From the NCBI GenBank assembly GCA_050115495.1, contig JASFQK010000041.1, positions 1 through 62,377 on the forward strand: 62,377 nt of DNA. Direction: 5' to 3'. The position numbers and the translations under genes are program-made. The notes beneath the pieces are model-generated. The model saw only the letters and a program-made list of their open reading frames with translations, did not search any database and was not told the origin of the DNA. Positions 48,226 to 58,838 of this stretch are shown here, one piece after another (position 1 is the stretch's first letter; each line of letters opens with the position of its first letter). Origin of the DNA: Phycisphaerae bacterium. Lineage in GTDB: Bacteria; Planctomycetota; Phycisphaerae; UBA1845; Fen-1342.

Positions 48226-49479
48226 CTAACGCAGACATACGCGGTCGAACTCGTCCCAGCGGGACATGTCTGACAACACCACCTGGTCCCCAACCTCCAG
48301 GCCACGGCGAATCTCCACCGTGTCCACCGAGTTGCTGCCCAATTCCACCGGGACGCGATCCGCCGTCGTTCCGTCGGCACGCAGCCGGAACAGGCTGATC
48401 GTGCTGTTGGCCTGGGCATGGACGGGCCGGCCCACGAAGAGCACGTCGTCCAGCCGCTCGATCTCGATCGTGCCGACGATGCTCAGGTCGGGCCGGGCGC
48501 CACGCGGCAGTTCGCCCTCCAGGGCCACATCCACCGCGACCGTGGCCTCCTGCACCGCCGGGTCGATCCGCACGACGCGGCCGGGCACGATGCCGTTGCG
48601 GGTGTCGATCGACGCGACCTGGCCCGGCTGCACATCGCGGGCCTGAGTCTCCGGAATCCGCACGACGGCCTTGAGCGTGCGCACGTCGGTGACCTTGGCG
48701 AGAATTGTGCCGGCCGCCACGCGCTGCCCCACCTCGACCGGAAGCTGCTCGAGGATACCGGCCGTGCCCGCCCGCACGCGCAGCGCGTCCACCTGCGCCG
48801 CCTTCAGAGCGTGGCGGGCTCGAGCCTGCTCGATTCGCGCCCGCTGCGCCGCCAGGCGGGCCTCCCGCGAGGTGTCCCACGTCTCCAGCCGCGCCTTCTC
48901 GATTTCGATGAGCCTGGCCAACTGGTCTACGCGGGCCCGCGACAGCCGGACGTTCCGCTCAGAGATCAATCCGTCAGCGAAGAGCTCCTCATCCACTTCG
49001 CGTTGCAGAACCGCCTCCTGGTGATCGGCCTCCAGCCGGGCCACGGACGCCTCCAACGTCAGCCGCTCGTTCTGAAGCGTGACCTGGAGCGCCGCGAGAT
49101 CCGCCTCGGCGGAGGTGGCCTCCCACTCGGCGTCGGCGGCTGCCAGATCCAGCTCGGGATTGCTCAGTTCGAGCAGGACCGTCTCCGCGTCCACCTGTGC
49201 ACCGGGCAGGACGAGGACGCGCTCCACGCGCCCGTCGGTGACCGCCGGTATCCACCAGATCACTTCGGGCACGAGCGTGCCCGTGCCGCGCACGGCCCGC
49301 AGCATCGGGCCGCGTTTGACCGTGTCCAACCACACGGCGGAGCGCTCGACGCTCGGCGCCGCCGGCTCCAGCCGGGACAGGCCCCACGTGACGGCGACGA
49401 TCGCTACGGCGGCAACCACGAGCAGGCTGCTGCGAACGATCCAGCGGCGACGAGCGATGTTGGCGCGAGGTATATCCAC
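48226..49479 (-). CDS. MacA/HlyD-family periplasmic adaptor (membrane fusion protein)
   Basis: N-terminal TM helix, lipoyl half-motifs (GRVERVLVLPG; GILEQLPVEVGQRV), long alpha-hairpin, GLEVGDQVVLSD; GTG start inferred (TTG 49491 is an alternative). Confidence 0.95.
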   Translation of the reverse strand: MDIPRANIARRRWIVRSSLLVVAAVAIVAVTWGLSRLEPAAPSVERSAVWLDTVKRGPMLRAVRGTGTLVPEVIWWIPAVTDGRVERVLVLPGAQVDAETVLLELSNPELDLAAADAEWEATSAEADLAALQVTLQNERLTLEASVARLEADHQEAVLQREVDEELFADGLISERNVRLSRARVDQLARLIEIEKARLETWDTSREARLAAQRARIEQARARHALKAAQVDALRVRAGTAGILEQLPVEVGQRVAAGTILAKVTDVRTLKAVVRIPETQARDVQPGQVASIDTRNGIVPGRVVRIDPAVQEATVAVDVALEGELPRGARPDLSIVGTIEIERLDDVLFVGRPVHAQANSTISLFRLRADGTTADRVPVELGSNSVDTVEIRRGLEVGDQVVLSDMSRWDEFDRVCLR

Positions 49480-49509
49480 GTTACAGCCCAATCCTTAGTG
49501 GCCGGAGTG

Positions 49510-49524
49510 GCAAGTGACGTGCCG
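49510..49524 (-). promoter_or_regulatory. sigma54 (-24/-12) promoter of the exporter operon
   Basis: Minus strand CGGCACGTCACTTGC: GG-N10-GC, matching consensus TGGCACG-N4-TTGC, 30 bp before the adaptor start. Confidence 0.85.
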
Positions 49525-49598
49525 GCGACGAATACGTACAGAATGCGAGCGCCGACGGCCATTCGTGGCCGTTGCCGCACAACAGACACGGCTGAGGT

Positions 49599-49634
49599 GT
49601 CCGGAAATGGGACGGTCGATTCCGGAACCGGGCG
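49599..49634. promoter_or_regulatory. candidate tandem enhancer (UAS) for the NtrC-type activator
   Basis: Palindrome GTCC-N7-GGAC at 49599-49613 and a degenerate copy TTCC-N7-GGCG 21 bp away, 75-110 bp upstream of the -24 element. Confidence 0.55.
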
Positions 49635-49800
49635 CAGTCGGCGACACCGTCGCGACAGCAGCGGCCCCCCTGCCGCCGCCATAGGCTCCCGGCGCCGCTG
49701 GCCCGCGACGTGCACGTCAGACCTGCTGCGGCCGGCCGCCATGCGTTACACTGGCCGGCGACGGCGACGGCCGATCGGCCGGTAGACCGGCGGAGCGAGC

Positions 49801-51183
49801 ATGCCCCAACAGAAAGCCACAGCGACGCGGATTCTCATCGCCGACGACCAGCCGGACGTGTTGAAGGCCCTCCGCCTGCTGCTCAAGCCGGAAGGCTACG
49901 AGGTCGCCGAAGCCACCGCGCCACCGGCGATCATCGCTGCCCTGGAGAGCGAGCGGTTCGACGCCCTGCTCATGGACCTGAACTACGCTCGGGACACGAC
50001 CTCCGGACGCGAGGGGCTCGATCTGCTGCCACGCCTGCGCGAGCTGGACGACACGCTCCCGATTGTGGTGATGACCGCCTTCGGCAGCGTCGATGTGGCG
50101 GTCGAGGCGATGCGGCGCGGGGCCCGCGACTTCGTCGAGAAACCGTGGGACAACGATCGGCTGCTGACCATCCTGCGAACCCAGATCGAGTTGACGCGGG
50201 CCCTGCGGCGTGGGCAGCAACTGGAGGCCGCCAACCAAGCGCTCGGAGCCGAAGGGCAGCCCACGCTCATCGCCGAATCCCCCGCCATGCACCCCGTGCT
50301 GCAACTGATCGCCAACGTCGGCCCGTCGGAGGCCAACGTGCTGATCACCGGCGAGAACGGCACCGGCAAGGGCGTCGTCGCCCGGGCCCTGCACGCCGTC
50401 TCGACGCGCGCCGGCCGGCCGCTGATCACCGTCAACGCCCCGGGCCTGTCCGAGGGTCTGTTCGAGAGCGAGTTGTTCGGCCACGTGCGCGGGGCGTTCA
50501 CCGACGCGAAGTCCGACCGCATCGGGCGGTTCGAAATGGCCGACGGCGGCACGCTCTTCCTGGACGAAATCGCCGACCTGCCGCTGAACCTGCAAGCAAA
50601 ACTGCTGCGCGTGCTGGAAACCGGCGAGTTCGAGCGGGTCGGCTCCTCCCGTACGCAGCAGGCCAACTTCCGCGTGATCTCAGCCACAAACGCCGACGTC
50701 CAGCAGGAAATCGCCGGACGACGGTTCCGACAAGATCTGCTGTACCGACTGAACACCGTCGAGATCAGACTGCCGCCGCTGCGCGATCGGCAGGGAGACA
50801 TCGCCCTGTTGGCGGCGCACTTCCTTCGCGTCCACGCACAGCGTTGCCGCAAGCCGGTCAGCGAGTTCGAGCCGGCGGCCGTGGAGTCGCTGCTGCGCTA
50901 CGCCTGGCCGGGAAACGTCCGCGAACTGGATCACGTTGTCGAGCGCGGCGTGCTGATGGCGCGGGACGGCATCGTGCGTCGAACCGACCTCGGGCTGGAG
51001 TCGGCGGCCACGGCGAGCCAGCGGCTCGAGGACATGCCCCTCGACGAGGTGGAGGCCGTGCTGATCCGCAAGGCCCTCGCCCGGTACGACGGAAACGTGA
51101 AGCAGGCGGCCCGGGAACTCGGCCTCAGCCGCAGCGCCCTGTACCGCCGGCTGGTCAAGCACGGGTTGGCACATCGTGAGTGA
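49801..51183 (+). CDS. NtrC-family sigma54-dependent response regulator (REC-AAA+-Fis HTH)
   Basis: LLMDLNY/MTAFG/EKPW receiver; [47 protein letters not shown]-terminal HTH. Confidence 0.96.
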   Translation: MPQQKATATRILIADDQPDVLKALRLLLKPEGYEVAEATAPPAIIAALESERFDALLMDLNYARDTTSGREGLDLLPRLRELDDTLPIVVMTAFGSVDVAVEAMRRGARDFVEKPWDNDRLLTILRTQIELTRALRRGQQLEAANQALGAEGQPTLIAESPAMHPVLQLIANVGPSEANVLITGENGTGKGVVARALHAVSTRAGRPLITVNAPGLSEGLFESELFGHVRGAFTDAKSDRIGRFEMADGGTLFLDEIADLPLNLQAKLLRVLETGEFERVGSSRTQQANFRVISATNADVQQEIAGRRFRQDLLYRLNTVEIRLPPLRDRQGDIALLAAHFLRVHAQRCRKPVSEFEPAAVESLLRYAWPGNVRELDHVVERGVLMARDGIVRRTDLGLESAATASQRLEDMPLDEVEAVLIRKALARYDGNVKQAARELGLSRSALYRRLVKHGLAHRE

Positions 51184-52594
51184 GCCAGACACGGCACGAC
51201 GGGTCACCAACGGCGAACCGCTCGCCACCGAACCGCCGGTCGCCGGCGCCGCCCATCGTGCCGGGGCGCCGAGCCGGTGGCGTTTCGAACGGCGTATTCA
51301 ACTCCTGGCCTGTCTGGCGGGTCTGCCGGCGGCGGTCGTCGCGCTGGCGCTGCTGTGGTTCGGCGATTTCACGCCCCGGACGCAATGGACGCTCACGCTG
51401 TTCGTCGTGGGCGGCTGGGCCGTCTGCGCCGCCGCCCTCGTGCAGCGCGTAGTCTATCCGCTGCGCACGATTTCCAACATGCTGGCGGCGCTGCGCGAGG
51501 GTGACTTCTCGTTACGCGGCCGCGGAGCGCGATCGGACGATGCCCTGGGCGAAGTCCTGCTCGAAATCAACGCCCTGAGCCAGACGCTCCGCGAACAGCG
51601 GCTCGGTGCCGTCGAGGCAACGACGCTGCTGCGGAAGGTCGTCGATGAGATCGACGTCGCCGTCTTCGCCTTCGATGCCGAACGCCGACTGCGCCTGGCC
51701 AACGAGGCCGGCCGGCGGCTGCTGGGCCTTGCGGACAAGCGGCTGTCCGGGCAGACCGCCGAGACGCTGGGACTGGCCCCCTGCCTCGAAGGCGAACCGA
51801 CGCGAACCGCAGACATGGCCTTTCCCGGCGGCGTCGGCCGTTGGGAGGTGCGGCGCACGACGTTCCGCACGGCGGGCCGCACGCATCAACTGGTCGTGCT
51901 CTCGGATCTCACCCGCGCTCTGCGCGAGGAGGAGCGGCAGGCGTGGAAACGCCTCGTTCAGGTTCTTCGGCACGAGATCAACAACTCGCTCGCCCCCATC
52001 GACTCGCTCGCCGGCAGTCTGGCCGCCCTGCTCAAGCGCGAGCCGCGGCCGGCGGACTGGGAGGCCGATCTCACCGAAGGCCTGACCGTCATCCGCGAAC
52101 GATCGCGAGCCCTGAACCGCTTCATGACCGCGTACAGCCAACTGACGCGACTGCCGAAACCGAAGCTCGCCCCCATGGACGTCGGCGCCTGGGCTCGCCG
52201 TGTGGCCGACCTCGAATCTCGCCTGCGCGTCACCGTGGTGCCGGGCCCCCCTGCCACGATTCAGGCCGACGCCGACCAGCTCGATCAGCTCCTGATCAAC
52301 CTGGTCCGCAACGCGGTCGATGCGGCCCTCGAAACCAGCGGCGGCGTGCACGTCGGCTGGCAACAGGACAGCGACGTGCCCGCCTGGCTGGACGTGTGGG
52401 TCGAGGACGACGGCCCCGGCCTGTCGGATAGCGAGAACCTGTTCGTGCCGTTCTTCACCACGAAACCCGACGGCGCCGGCATCGGCTTGGCACTGTGTCG
52501 GCAAATCGCCGAAGGGCACGGCGGCCAGCTCTATCTGCGAAACCGTTCCGATCGCACGGGCTGCCGGGCGTGCCTGCGCCTGCCGATGGCGTGA
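51176..52594 (+). CDS. sensor histidine kinase (2 TM with short loop, HAMP, PAS-like, HisKA, HATPase)
   Basis: HEINNSL H-box, NLVRNA N-box, DDGPG, FVPFFTTK, GAGIGL; overlaps the regulator stop. Confidence 0.95.
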   Translation: MSEPDTARRVTNGEPLATEPPVAGAAHRAGAPSRWRFERRIQLLACLAGLPAAVVALALLWFGDFTPRTQWTLTLFVVGGWAVCAAALVQRVVYPLRTISNMLAALREGDFSLRGRGARSDDALGEVLLEINALSQTLREQRLGAVEATTLLRKVVDEIDVAVFAFDAERRLRLANEAGRRLLGLADKRLSGQTAETLGLAPCLEGEPTRTADMAFPGGVGRWEVRRTTFRTAGRTHQLVVLSDLTRALREEERQAWKRLVQVLRHEINNSLAPIDSLAGSLAALLKREPRPADWEADLTEGLTVIRERSRALNRFMTAYSQLTRLPKPKLAPMDVGAWARRVADLESRLRVTVVPGPPATIQADADQLDQLLINLVRNAVDAALETSGGVHVGWQQDSDVPAWLDVWVEDDGPGLSDSENLFVPFFTTKPDGAGIGLALCRQIAEGHGGQLYLRNRSDRTGCRACLRLPMA

Positions 52595-52750
52595 CGCCCA
52601 GCTTCGAGCGCGACTGATGGGGATGCACTGCACAGACAACTGCTCGCGTTGCGACCGCGAGCGGACGGGCTACCGGTCGCTTCGCCATGGCAGGTCGCAC
52701 GTCGTGCCGTGGCCCGGCTCGCGGGCGGTCCGAACCCTCCGAGATTAAGG

Positions 52751-52797
52751 TTGCATGTAGATTCCGCGAACACCTACAATGTGCTCGAAGGTGTTCG
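52751..52797 (+). promoter_or_regulatory. putative sigma70 promoter with overlapping inverted repeat
   Basis: TTGCAT-N18-TACAAT; perfect 9-bp IR CGAACACCT-N13-AGGTGTTCG straddling the -10. Confidence 0.5.
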
Positions 52798-52889
52798 GTG
52801 AACTCCGGTGGCATCAGCCGCCCGAGACACGCCGAGCAGCGCCGCTTGCGGCGGCGTCCACTTCGTCACGTCTTGCGGGAGAAGAACGC

Positions 52890-55643
52890 ATGCACACCAA
52901 CCACCACATCATCACGATCACTGTCTTCGCTGCTCTGTTCACCATCGGCCCGTGCCTCCACACCGCTGTGGCCGGCGACAATGCCCCGTACTGGAGCCCG
53001 TGCTTCGGCCGGCCCGGCGTGTACGACATGTATGACCCGCCGGTTGTTCGCGCCATCGCCGTCTCCGACAGCCGCGGCGGTCCCCTCGTCTATCTTGGGG
53101 GGAACTTCGATTTTGCAGGCGGGTACGACGAGGACGGCATCCCGGCCGCCAACATCGTCCAGTGGGACGGCTGTAGCTTCTCCGCTTTGGGTGACGGCAC
53201 TGACGGCGGCGTCGACGCGGCAGCCCTCTTCGACGACGGCGCCGGCCCGGTTCTCTACGTCGGCGGCGACTTCGATACGGCGGGCGGTGTCGCGGTCAAC
53301 AACATCGCTCGCTGGGACGGGCAAACGTGGTCGACGCTGGGCGACGGCACCAACAACCGCGTCTACGCCCTGCACGTCCACGACGACGGTAGCGGCCCCG
53401 CGCTCTTCGTCGGCGGCAGATTCACCAGCGTCGACGGCCAGCCGTGCAACAGCCGCGTTGCCAAGTGGGACGGGGCCGTCTGGACACCCATCAACGAGGG
53501 AGTAACGGGGATCAGCGTCACCACGATGACCACGTTCGCCGAACAGCTCTACGTGGGCGGCGGCCTCAACGACTTCGGCGGGTTCATCAGCATATGGGAT
53601 GGCACCACTTGGTCGGGCTTGCCCTACCGCTTGGACAGCCTGGTCTATGCGCTCGTGACCGCCGACGCGGGCGAACCGGGCGGACCGGCGCTCTACGCCG
53701 GGGGCATGTTCACCGAGGCCGAACAGGCTGGCGGCCCCAACCTCACCGTCAACCACGTCGCCAAATGGGACGGCACCACCTGGACCTCGCTGGGGACGGG
53801 CACGGACCACCACGTCCGCGCCCTCGAGTATCGCCAAGGCCGCGGCGGACCGCTGCTCTATGCCGGCGGGGGGTTCTCCACTGCCGGCGGCCAGCCGGCC
53901 GACCGCGTCGCCCAATGGGACGGCGCCGCTTGGTCGGAGCTGAGTGGCACCTTTACCCATCCGTCCAATCCCTGGGTCTACGCCCTGAAGTGCGTCGGCT
54001 TGGGCGATACCGAATCGCTCTTCGTCGGCGGCTCCCTCAGCATGCTGGACCACGTCATCTTCCAAGGCATCGTTGAGTGGAACGGCGACGCCTGGCACAC
54101 GCTGGGCAAAGGTCTGCGCACCGCGGGCACCGCCATGACCGTCTTCGACGACGGCAGCGGCCCGGCGCTCTACCTTGCCGGCGACTTCGTCTATGACCAC
54201 TTCGGCATCGCCGAGGAGGGCATCGTGCGCTGGAACGGTACGGAGTGGCAGGCCATCCCCAGCGTCCTCTCCTCCCTCGACGAGATCCTCGTTATGACGG
54301 TGTTCGACGATGGCGACGGCCCGGCTCTCTACGCCGCCGGCGACTTCACAACGATTGACGGTGTAGCCGCCAATCACATCGCCAAGTGGGACGGCACCAC
54401 GTGGTCTGCCCTGGGTGAAGGAATCACTCACTATGACCGCCCCGTTTACGCACTCGCCGTGTACGATGACGGGAGCGGTCCCGCCCTCTTCGTCGGCGGC
54501 ACCTTCAGGTACGTCGCCGGAGACCCTGTCTACTACATCGCCAAGTGGGACGGCAGCCAATGGTCGCCGCTCGGTGAGAGTGTCAACAACAGCGTCAGCG
54601 CGCTCGCTGTCTACGACGACGGCGACGGACCGGTCCTCTACGTCGCCGGTAGTTTCACTTCCGCCGGCGGCAATCCCGCTGCCGGTCTGGCCAAATGGGA
54701 CGGCGCAGACTGGCATCCCGTGGAGACTTCCGCGGCGTATATCCACGTGGACGCGCTGACCGTCTTTGATGACGGCACCGGTGGTGGCCCCGCGCTCTAC
54801 GCAGGTGGGAGCTTCACCGAAATGGGCGGCCAGACCGTCAACCACATCGCCAAGTGGAACGGCACCGAGTGGTCCCCGCTCGGTGACGGACTTGGCAGCA
54901 GCTACGTCTACGTTAACGCTTTCGCCGTGGCCGACGACGGCTCCGGCGACGGCCGCGCCCTCTACGTCGCCGGCGCGTTTGAACAGGCTGGCGGCGTCGA
55001 AGTCAACAACATCGCTCGCTGGGACGGACAGACCTGGTCCGACCTCGATCTCGGGACAGACGGCGAGGTTGACGCCCTCGCCCTGTACGACACGTGCGGG
55101 GAAGCGGCCCTTTACCTGAGCGGGTCATTTCTTCACGCCGGCGGCATCCCCTCGGCGCGCATCGCCCAGTGGGTGATCCCGACGCAGGAGACGCTCATCG
55201 ACGTCCATCCGTCCGGCCAGGCTGTATGCCGGCTCGACCCGGCCAGCTTCCATGTGGCCGCCTTCGGGCCACCGCCGCTGACGTACCAGTGGCGCAGAGA
55301 AGGGGAAGCGATCCCCGGGGCCACCTGGCGGCAGCTCACGCTCGACGGTGTCACCGTGGACGACGAGGGCAGCTATGACTGCGTGGTGACCAGTGCCTGC
55401 GACGTCGCGACCAGCGACGCGGCGCTCCTGTCGATCACCCTACCCACCGTGGGCGACCTCAACTGCGATTGCCACGTCGACAACTTCGACATCGGCCCCT
55501 TCGTGCTGGCCGTGGCCCGCCCGGAAGACTATGCACTGGCCTACCCGGACTGCGACTACATGCTGGCTGACTGCAACGACGACGGCGCCGTCAACAACTT
55601 CGACATCTCCCCCTTCGTCGACCTGTTGGCGCCCGATCCGTAG
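52890..55643 (+). CDS. secreted beta-propeller repeat protein with Ig-like and dockerin-type C-terminal domains
   Basis: GGAGA RBS and signal peptide; 13 W[DN]G repeats plus a partial 14th (unit DDGxGPALYxGGxF...IAKWDGxxWxxLG); LTYQWRR...DEGSYDCVV Ig domain; GDLNCD...ADCNDDGAVNNFDISPFV dockerin-like pair. Confidence 0.92.
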   Translation: MHTNHHIITITVFAALFTIGPCLHTAVAGDNAPYWSPCFGRPGVYDMYDPPVVRAIAVSDSRGGPLVYLGGNFDFAGGYDEDGIPAANIVQWDGCSFSALGDGTDGGVDAAALFDDGAGPVLYVGGDFDTAGGVAVNNIARWDGQTWSTLGDGTNNRVYALHVHDDGSGPALFVGGRFTSVDGQPCNSRVAKWDGAVWTPINEGVTGISVTTMTTFAEQLYVGGGLNDFGGFISIWDGTTWSGLPYRLDSLVYALVTADAGEPGGPALYAGGMFTEAEQAGGPNLTVNHVAKWDGTTWTSLGTGTDHHVRALEYRQGRGGPLLYAGGGFSTAGGQPADRVAQWDGAAWSELSGTFTHPSNPWVYALKCVGLGDTESLFVGGSLSMLDHVIFQGIVEWNGDAWHTLGKGLRTAGTAMTVFDDGSGPALYLAGDFVYDHFGIAEEGIVRWNGTEWQAIPSVLSSLDEILVMTVFDDGDGPALYAAGDFTTIDGVAANHIAKWDGTTWSALGEGITHYDRPVYALAVYDDGSGPALFVGGTFRYVAGDPVYYIAKWDGSQWSPLGESVNNSVSALAVYDDGDGPVLYVAGSFTSAGGNPAAGLAKWDGADWHPVETSAAYIHVDALTVFDDGTGGGPALYAGGSFTEMGGQTVNHIAKWNGTEWSPLGDGLGSSYVYVNAFAVADDGSGDGRALYVAGAFEQAGGVEVNNIARWDGQTWSDLDLGTDGEVDALALYDTCGEAALYLSGSFLHAGGIPSARIAQWVIPTQETLIDVHPSGQAVCRLDPASFHVAAFGPPPLTYQWRREGEAIPGATWRQLTLDGVTVDDEGSYDCVVTSACDVATSDAALLSITLPTVGDLNCDCHVDNFDIGPFVLAVARPEDYALAYPDCDYMLADCNDDGAVNNFDISPFVDLLAPDP

Positions 55644-55862
55644 GGCTTTCGGGATCCGGCACACAAGCTCGCCTGCACCTCAGCCCCCACCAATTGTCCG
55701 TACCGTCGGCGGCATGGCGTGGAGTACAAGCCATACTGCGGATTATAATGGGAAGCCCACGCCAGTCTGTGGGAAATAAAGGGCCCATTCCGGCGGAACA
55801 CGTCGGGGAGAGGTGCAGGGTCCATTCACGGCGGCACAAACAACGAAGAGGGAGACGATTAC

Positions 55863-57902
55863 ATGCTCACGAACCGGCGATGGATTGGGCTGCTCATCGG
55901 AATGCTGGCCGCAAGTTGTTGTGCTGCTGCCGGCGATGACCGCGTCGAGGATCTGAAGACGCGGGCGATCGAGATCCGTACGATCGACCCGCTGGACGAC
56001 GACTTCGCTGACCTCATGCCGCTCGTCGACGTTATCGGCGACGCACGCGTCGTCATGCTCGGCGAGCAGTCGCACGGCGACGGGGCGACGTTCTACGCGA
56101 AGACGCGGCTCATCCGCTTCCTGCACGAGGTCATGGGCTTCGACGTGCTCGTGTGGGAATCCGGCATGTGGGACTGCCGCCGGACGGACGCCGCCCTCGA
56201 CTCCTCGGCCCCCCTGGACGATGCCCTCAAAACCGGCGTGTTCTCGATCTGGACGGCGAGCGCACACATTCGACCGCTATTCGAATACGCCCGGTCGACG
56301 CGCGGCACGACGAGCCCCCTGCACATGGCCGGCTGCGATTGCCAGTTCTCCGACGCCGACTCGCCGGACCAGTACGCCGATTGGCTGATGGCGTTCTTCG
56401 ACCGCGCTGATGAAGACCTGCTCAGCGCAGATCAGCGTCGGACGCTACGGCAGTTTGTCGGCGCGGTCTTCGGCGTGCCGGCGGAGGATGGCGAGTACCC
56501 CGCCGACGAGTTCGCCGCCCTGCTCGATGCGCTCGACGCCCTGTGCGAAAAGGACGAGCTGCGGCGCGTGCACGGCGCTCGCGAGATCGCCTTTGCCCGG
56601 CAGACGATCGGCAACCTGCGCGCCTTCGAGCAGATGCGGCTCGACAAGGACAAAGACAAGTACGCCGCCTCGAACGACCGTGACGCCCGCATGGGTGAAA
56701 ACGTGCTGTGGCTCGCCAACGAGTATTACCGCGGCCACAAGCTGATCGTGTGGGCCGCGAGCTTCCACGTGATGCACAACCCGGCGGCGGTGAAGACACT
56801 ACGCGACGACCTGACCTACGAAAGTCTCACGACGATGGGCAGTGGTGTATGCGCCGAGCTCGGCCGCGATGTGTACACGGTCGCCTTCACGGCGTACGCC
56901 GGCAAGGCGGGCAATCCGTTCCACGGCGTGCGGGACATCGCCGAGGCGGTGGCCGGTTCGTTCGAAGCGTTACTGCACGAAGCCGGCCGGCCGTACGTGT
57001 TCATCGACTTCCGCGGCCTGCCGGCGGACCACTGGCTGCGCGGCCCGCTCAGCGCCCGCCCGCTCGGCTATGCGGCGATGGAGGCCGATTGGACGAACGT
57101 GTTCGACGCCATGATCTTCACCGACCAGATGTTCCCGAGCACACGTGACGGCGCCGTGCCCGACGGCGTGCGTACGACGACACAGCCGGCCTCTGGCGGA
57201 CAGGACGTCGTCGCGGAAGCGCTCGCCGACCTGCGTCAAGCGGCGGTCTGCTACGAGCTGACGTTCGAACAGGTGCTGGCCCCGGAGCTGTCGCCGTTTG
57301 ACGAGAGCCGAATGGCCCTCTTCCCCACCAACGATTCCTGGCCGCAGATGCTCGGCAACACGAAGCCGCACGCCGGCGAATACACGAAGATCGGCGGCGA
57401 CGGCGAGGGTTACGAGAGTGACCGCGGCGGCGGCTATCTGTTCACCGAACCACTGACGGCCGGGCTCAAGGTCGGAAGTTATCAGACGCTCGTCTTCGCC
57501 GAGGGGATCGCGGATTCGGGGGCGGTGCTGGTCGATAGCTACGCGACGGTGTACTGCCGCGGGGAGATGGCGGGGACGCTCAACGTGCAGAGCTACGCGA
57601 CGGTGGTCATTCGCGGCGACGTGTCCGGGCAGGTCGTGTCGAGTTCGTACTCGCACACGGTGGTCTACGGCGACCTGAGCGGCAAGCATACGCAGTCGGC
57701 GTCGGGCACGCTGCGCGTCCTGGGCAGCTTCACCGGCGAAATCGTCGCCGGCCCGCGCACGAAGATCTACCTCGCCGGCCACACGCCGGAAGCAGCCCTC
57801 GACCGCATCACCGGCCCGGCGAAGGTCTACCTGGAACGCTCCGACCTCCCGGCGGGAACGCATAAGCTTGGGGAGCTGGAGGTGGTGGTGTTGGGGGAGT
57901 AG
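55863..57902 (+). CDS. erythromycin-esterase (Ere)-family protein with signal peptide and C-terminal beta-solenoid-like extension
   Basis: [28 protein letters not shown] and IVWAASFH Ere-family motifs; tail with ~18-aa periodic repeats. Confidence 0.85.
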   Translation: MLTNRRWIGLLIGMLAASCCAAAGDDRVEDLKTRAIEIRTIDPLDDDFADLMPLVDVIGDARVVMLGEQSHGDGATFYAKTRLIRFLHEVMGFDVLVWESGMWDCRRTDAALDSSAPLDDALKTGVFSIWTASAHIRPLFEYARSTRGTTSPLHMAGCDCQFSDADSPDQYADWLMAFFDRADEDLLSADQRRTLRQFVGAVFGVPAEDGEYPADEFAALLDALDALCEKDELRRVHGAREIAFARQTIGNLRAFEQMRLDKDKDKYAASNDRDARMGENVLWLANEYYRGHKLIVWAASFHVMHNPAAVKTLRDDLTYESLTTMGSGVCAELGRDVYTVAFTAYAGKAGNPFHGVRDIAEAVAGSFEALLHEAGRPYVFIDFRGLPADHWLRGPLSARPLGYAAMEADWTNVFDAMIFTDQMFPSTRDGAVPDGVRTTTQPASGGQDVVAEALADLRQAAVCYELTFEQVLAPELSPFDESRMALFPTNDSWPQMLGNTKPHAGEYTKIGGDGEGYESDRGGGYLFTEPLTAGLKVGSYQTLVFAEGIADSGAVLVDSYATVYCRGEMAGTLNVQSYATVVIRGDVSGQVVSSSYSHTVVYGDLSGKHTQSASGTLRVLGSFTGEIVAGPRTKIYLAGHTPEAALDRITGPAKVYLERSDLPAGTHKLGELEVVVLGE

Positions 57903-57989
57903 CATCCTGCTGACAAGTGTAAGCTCCGGTCGGTGGCGACACGAAGGACGCGCCGGACCAACTGCGGCTTGCGTTCAGAGGCGTGATGT

Positions 57990-58643
57990 ATGACGGTGGG
58001 CTTCAGAGTAATCGTCGAAGGCGGCCTCGGCACATGGATGATGCTTACCTGGTTCCCGCTGATTCTCGTGAGCATCGTCGTCTATGGGCTTCAAGAGCGT
58101 TCCTTTGCACGCCGTGTCGACTTGGCGGACGCCAGCCAACACGGCGACTTGCTGGCCCAGCGGCACGCCCTGGTCCGGCGCGACGACGAGACCGTGATCA
58201 CCTTCAGATCGCACGCAATCCGATACCTGTTCCTCTGCTTGCTCCTCGCGTCTGGCGCTGTACAGCTATGGCCGGACTCGCCGGTGCACGCCGGCGTGGT
58301 GGCAGCCGCCAGCGTCTGCACCGCCGTCCTGTTTCTAACCTGGCGAATCACCGTGACGCTCTCGAGAGTCGGAGCAGAGCTGCGTGCGGAGGGGGCGGGC
58401 TACGTTCTGGGGATCAGGTTTTGGCGACGCCGCTTGCAGGCCACGACATTGACCTTTCATGTGCGGGAGTTGTATCACGATGACACCGGAACGCCAGAAT
58501 TCGTAGCCATTTCGCCGGACGGTGCGAAGGCCATCCTGCCGGGCGGCCTGGTGCCCGGCTGGAAGCCCTCCCCGAATGCGTCGACCCTGAGGTGCTGTGC
58601 GTCCGTCTTGAACGCGTACGCACAGGAACGGGCACCTGTGTAA
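57990..58643 (+). CDS. hypothetical membrane protein
   Basis: 217-aa ORF with about three hydrophobic segments filling the intergenic space; start uncertain. Confidence 0.55.
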   Translation: MTVGFRVIVEGGLGTWMMLTWFPLILVSIVVYGLQERSFARRVDLADASQHGDLLAQRHALVRRDDETVITFRSHAIRYLFLCLLLASGAVQLWPDSPVHAGVVAAASVCTAVLFLTWRITVTLSRVGAELRAEGAGYVLGIRFWRRRLQATTLTFHVRELYHDDTGTPEFVAISPDGAKAILPGGLVPGWKPSPNASTLRCCASVLNAYAQERAPV

Positions 58644-58838
58644 CGGCGGTCGGTCGCGTTCGCGCAGCCCTACCACGCCAATCGTCGCCGGCGGCATGCC
58701 AACCGCCGCTACGGCCCCTCCAGTCGGTGCAGGACGTCTTTCAGGGTCAGTCCCTTCATGCGGCAGAGCGTTCCGAAGAACCACCGCCCGCGGCGAAGGG
58801 TGCTCGCGCATGCGTTGCATGGCACAACGCGTCCACAC

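Noticed and set aside
52767..52797. LexA box
   Set aside because: The CGAAC/GTTCG half-sites are 21 bp apart, not the 4 bp of the Gram-positive SOS box.
52866..54845. 659-aa minus-strand ORF
   Set aside because: Antisense shadow of the propeller gene.
55863..57902. Calling this a macrolide-resistance gene (ereA/ereB), or the permeases macB
   Set aside because: Only family-level motifs are visible; substrate cannot be inferred from sequence alone.
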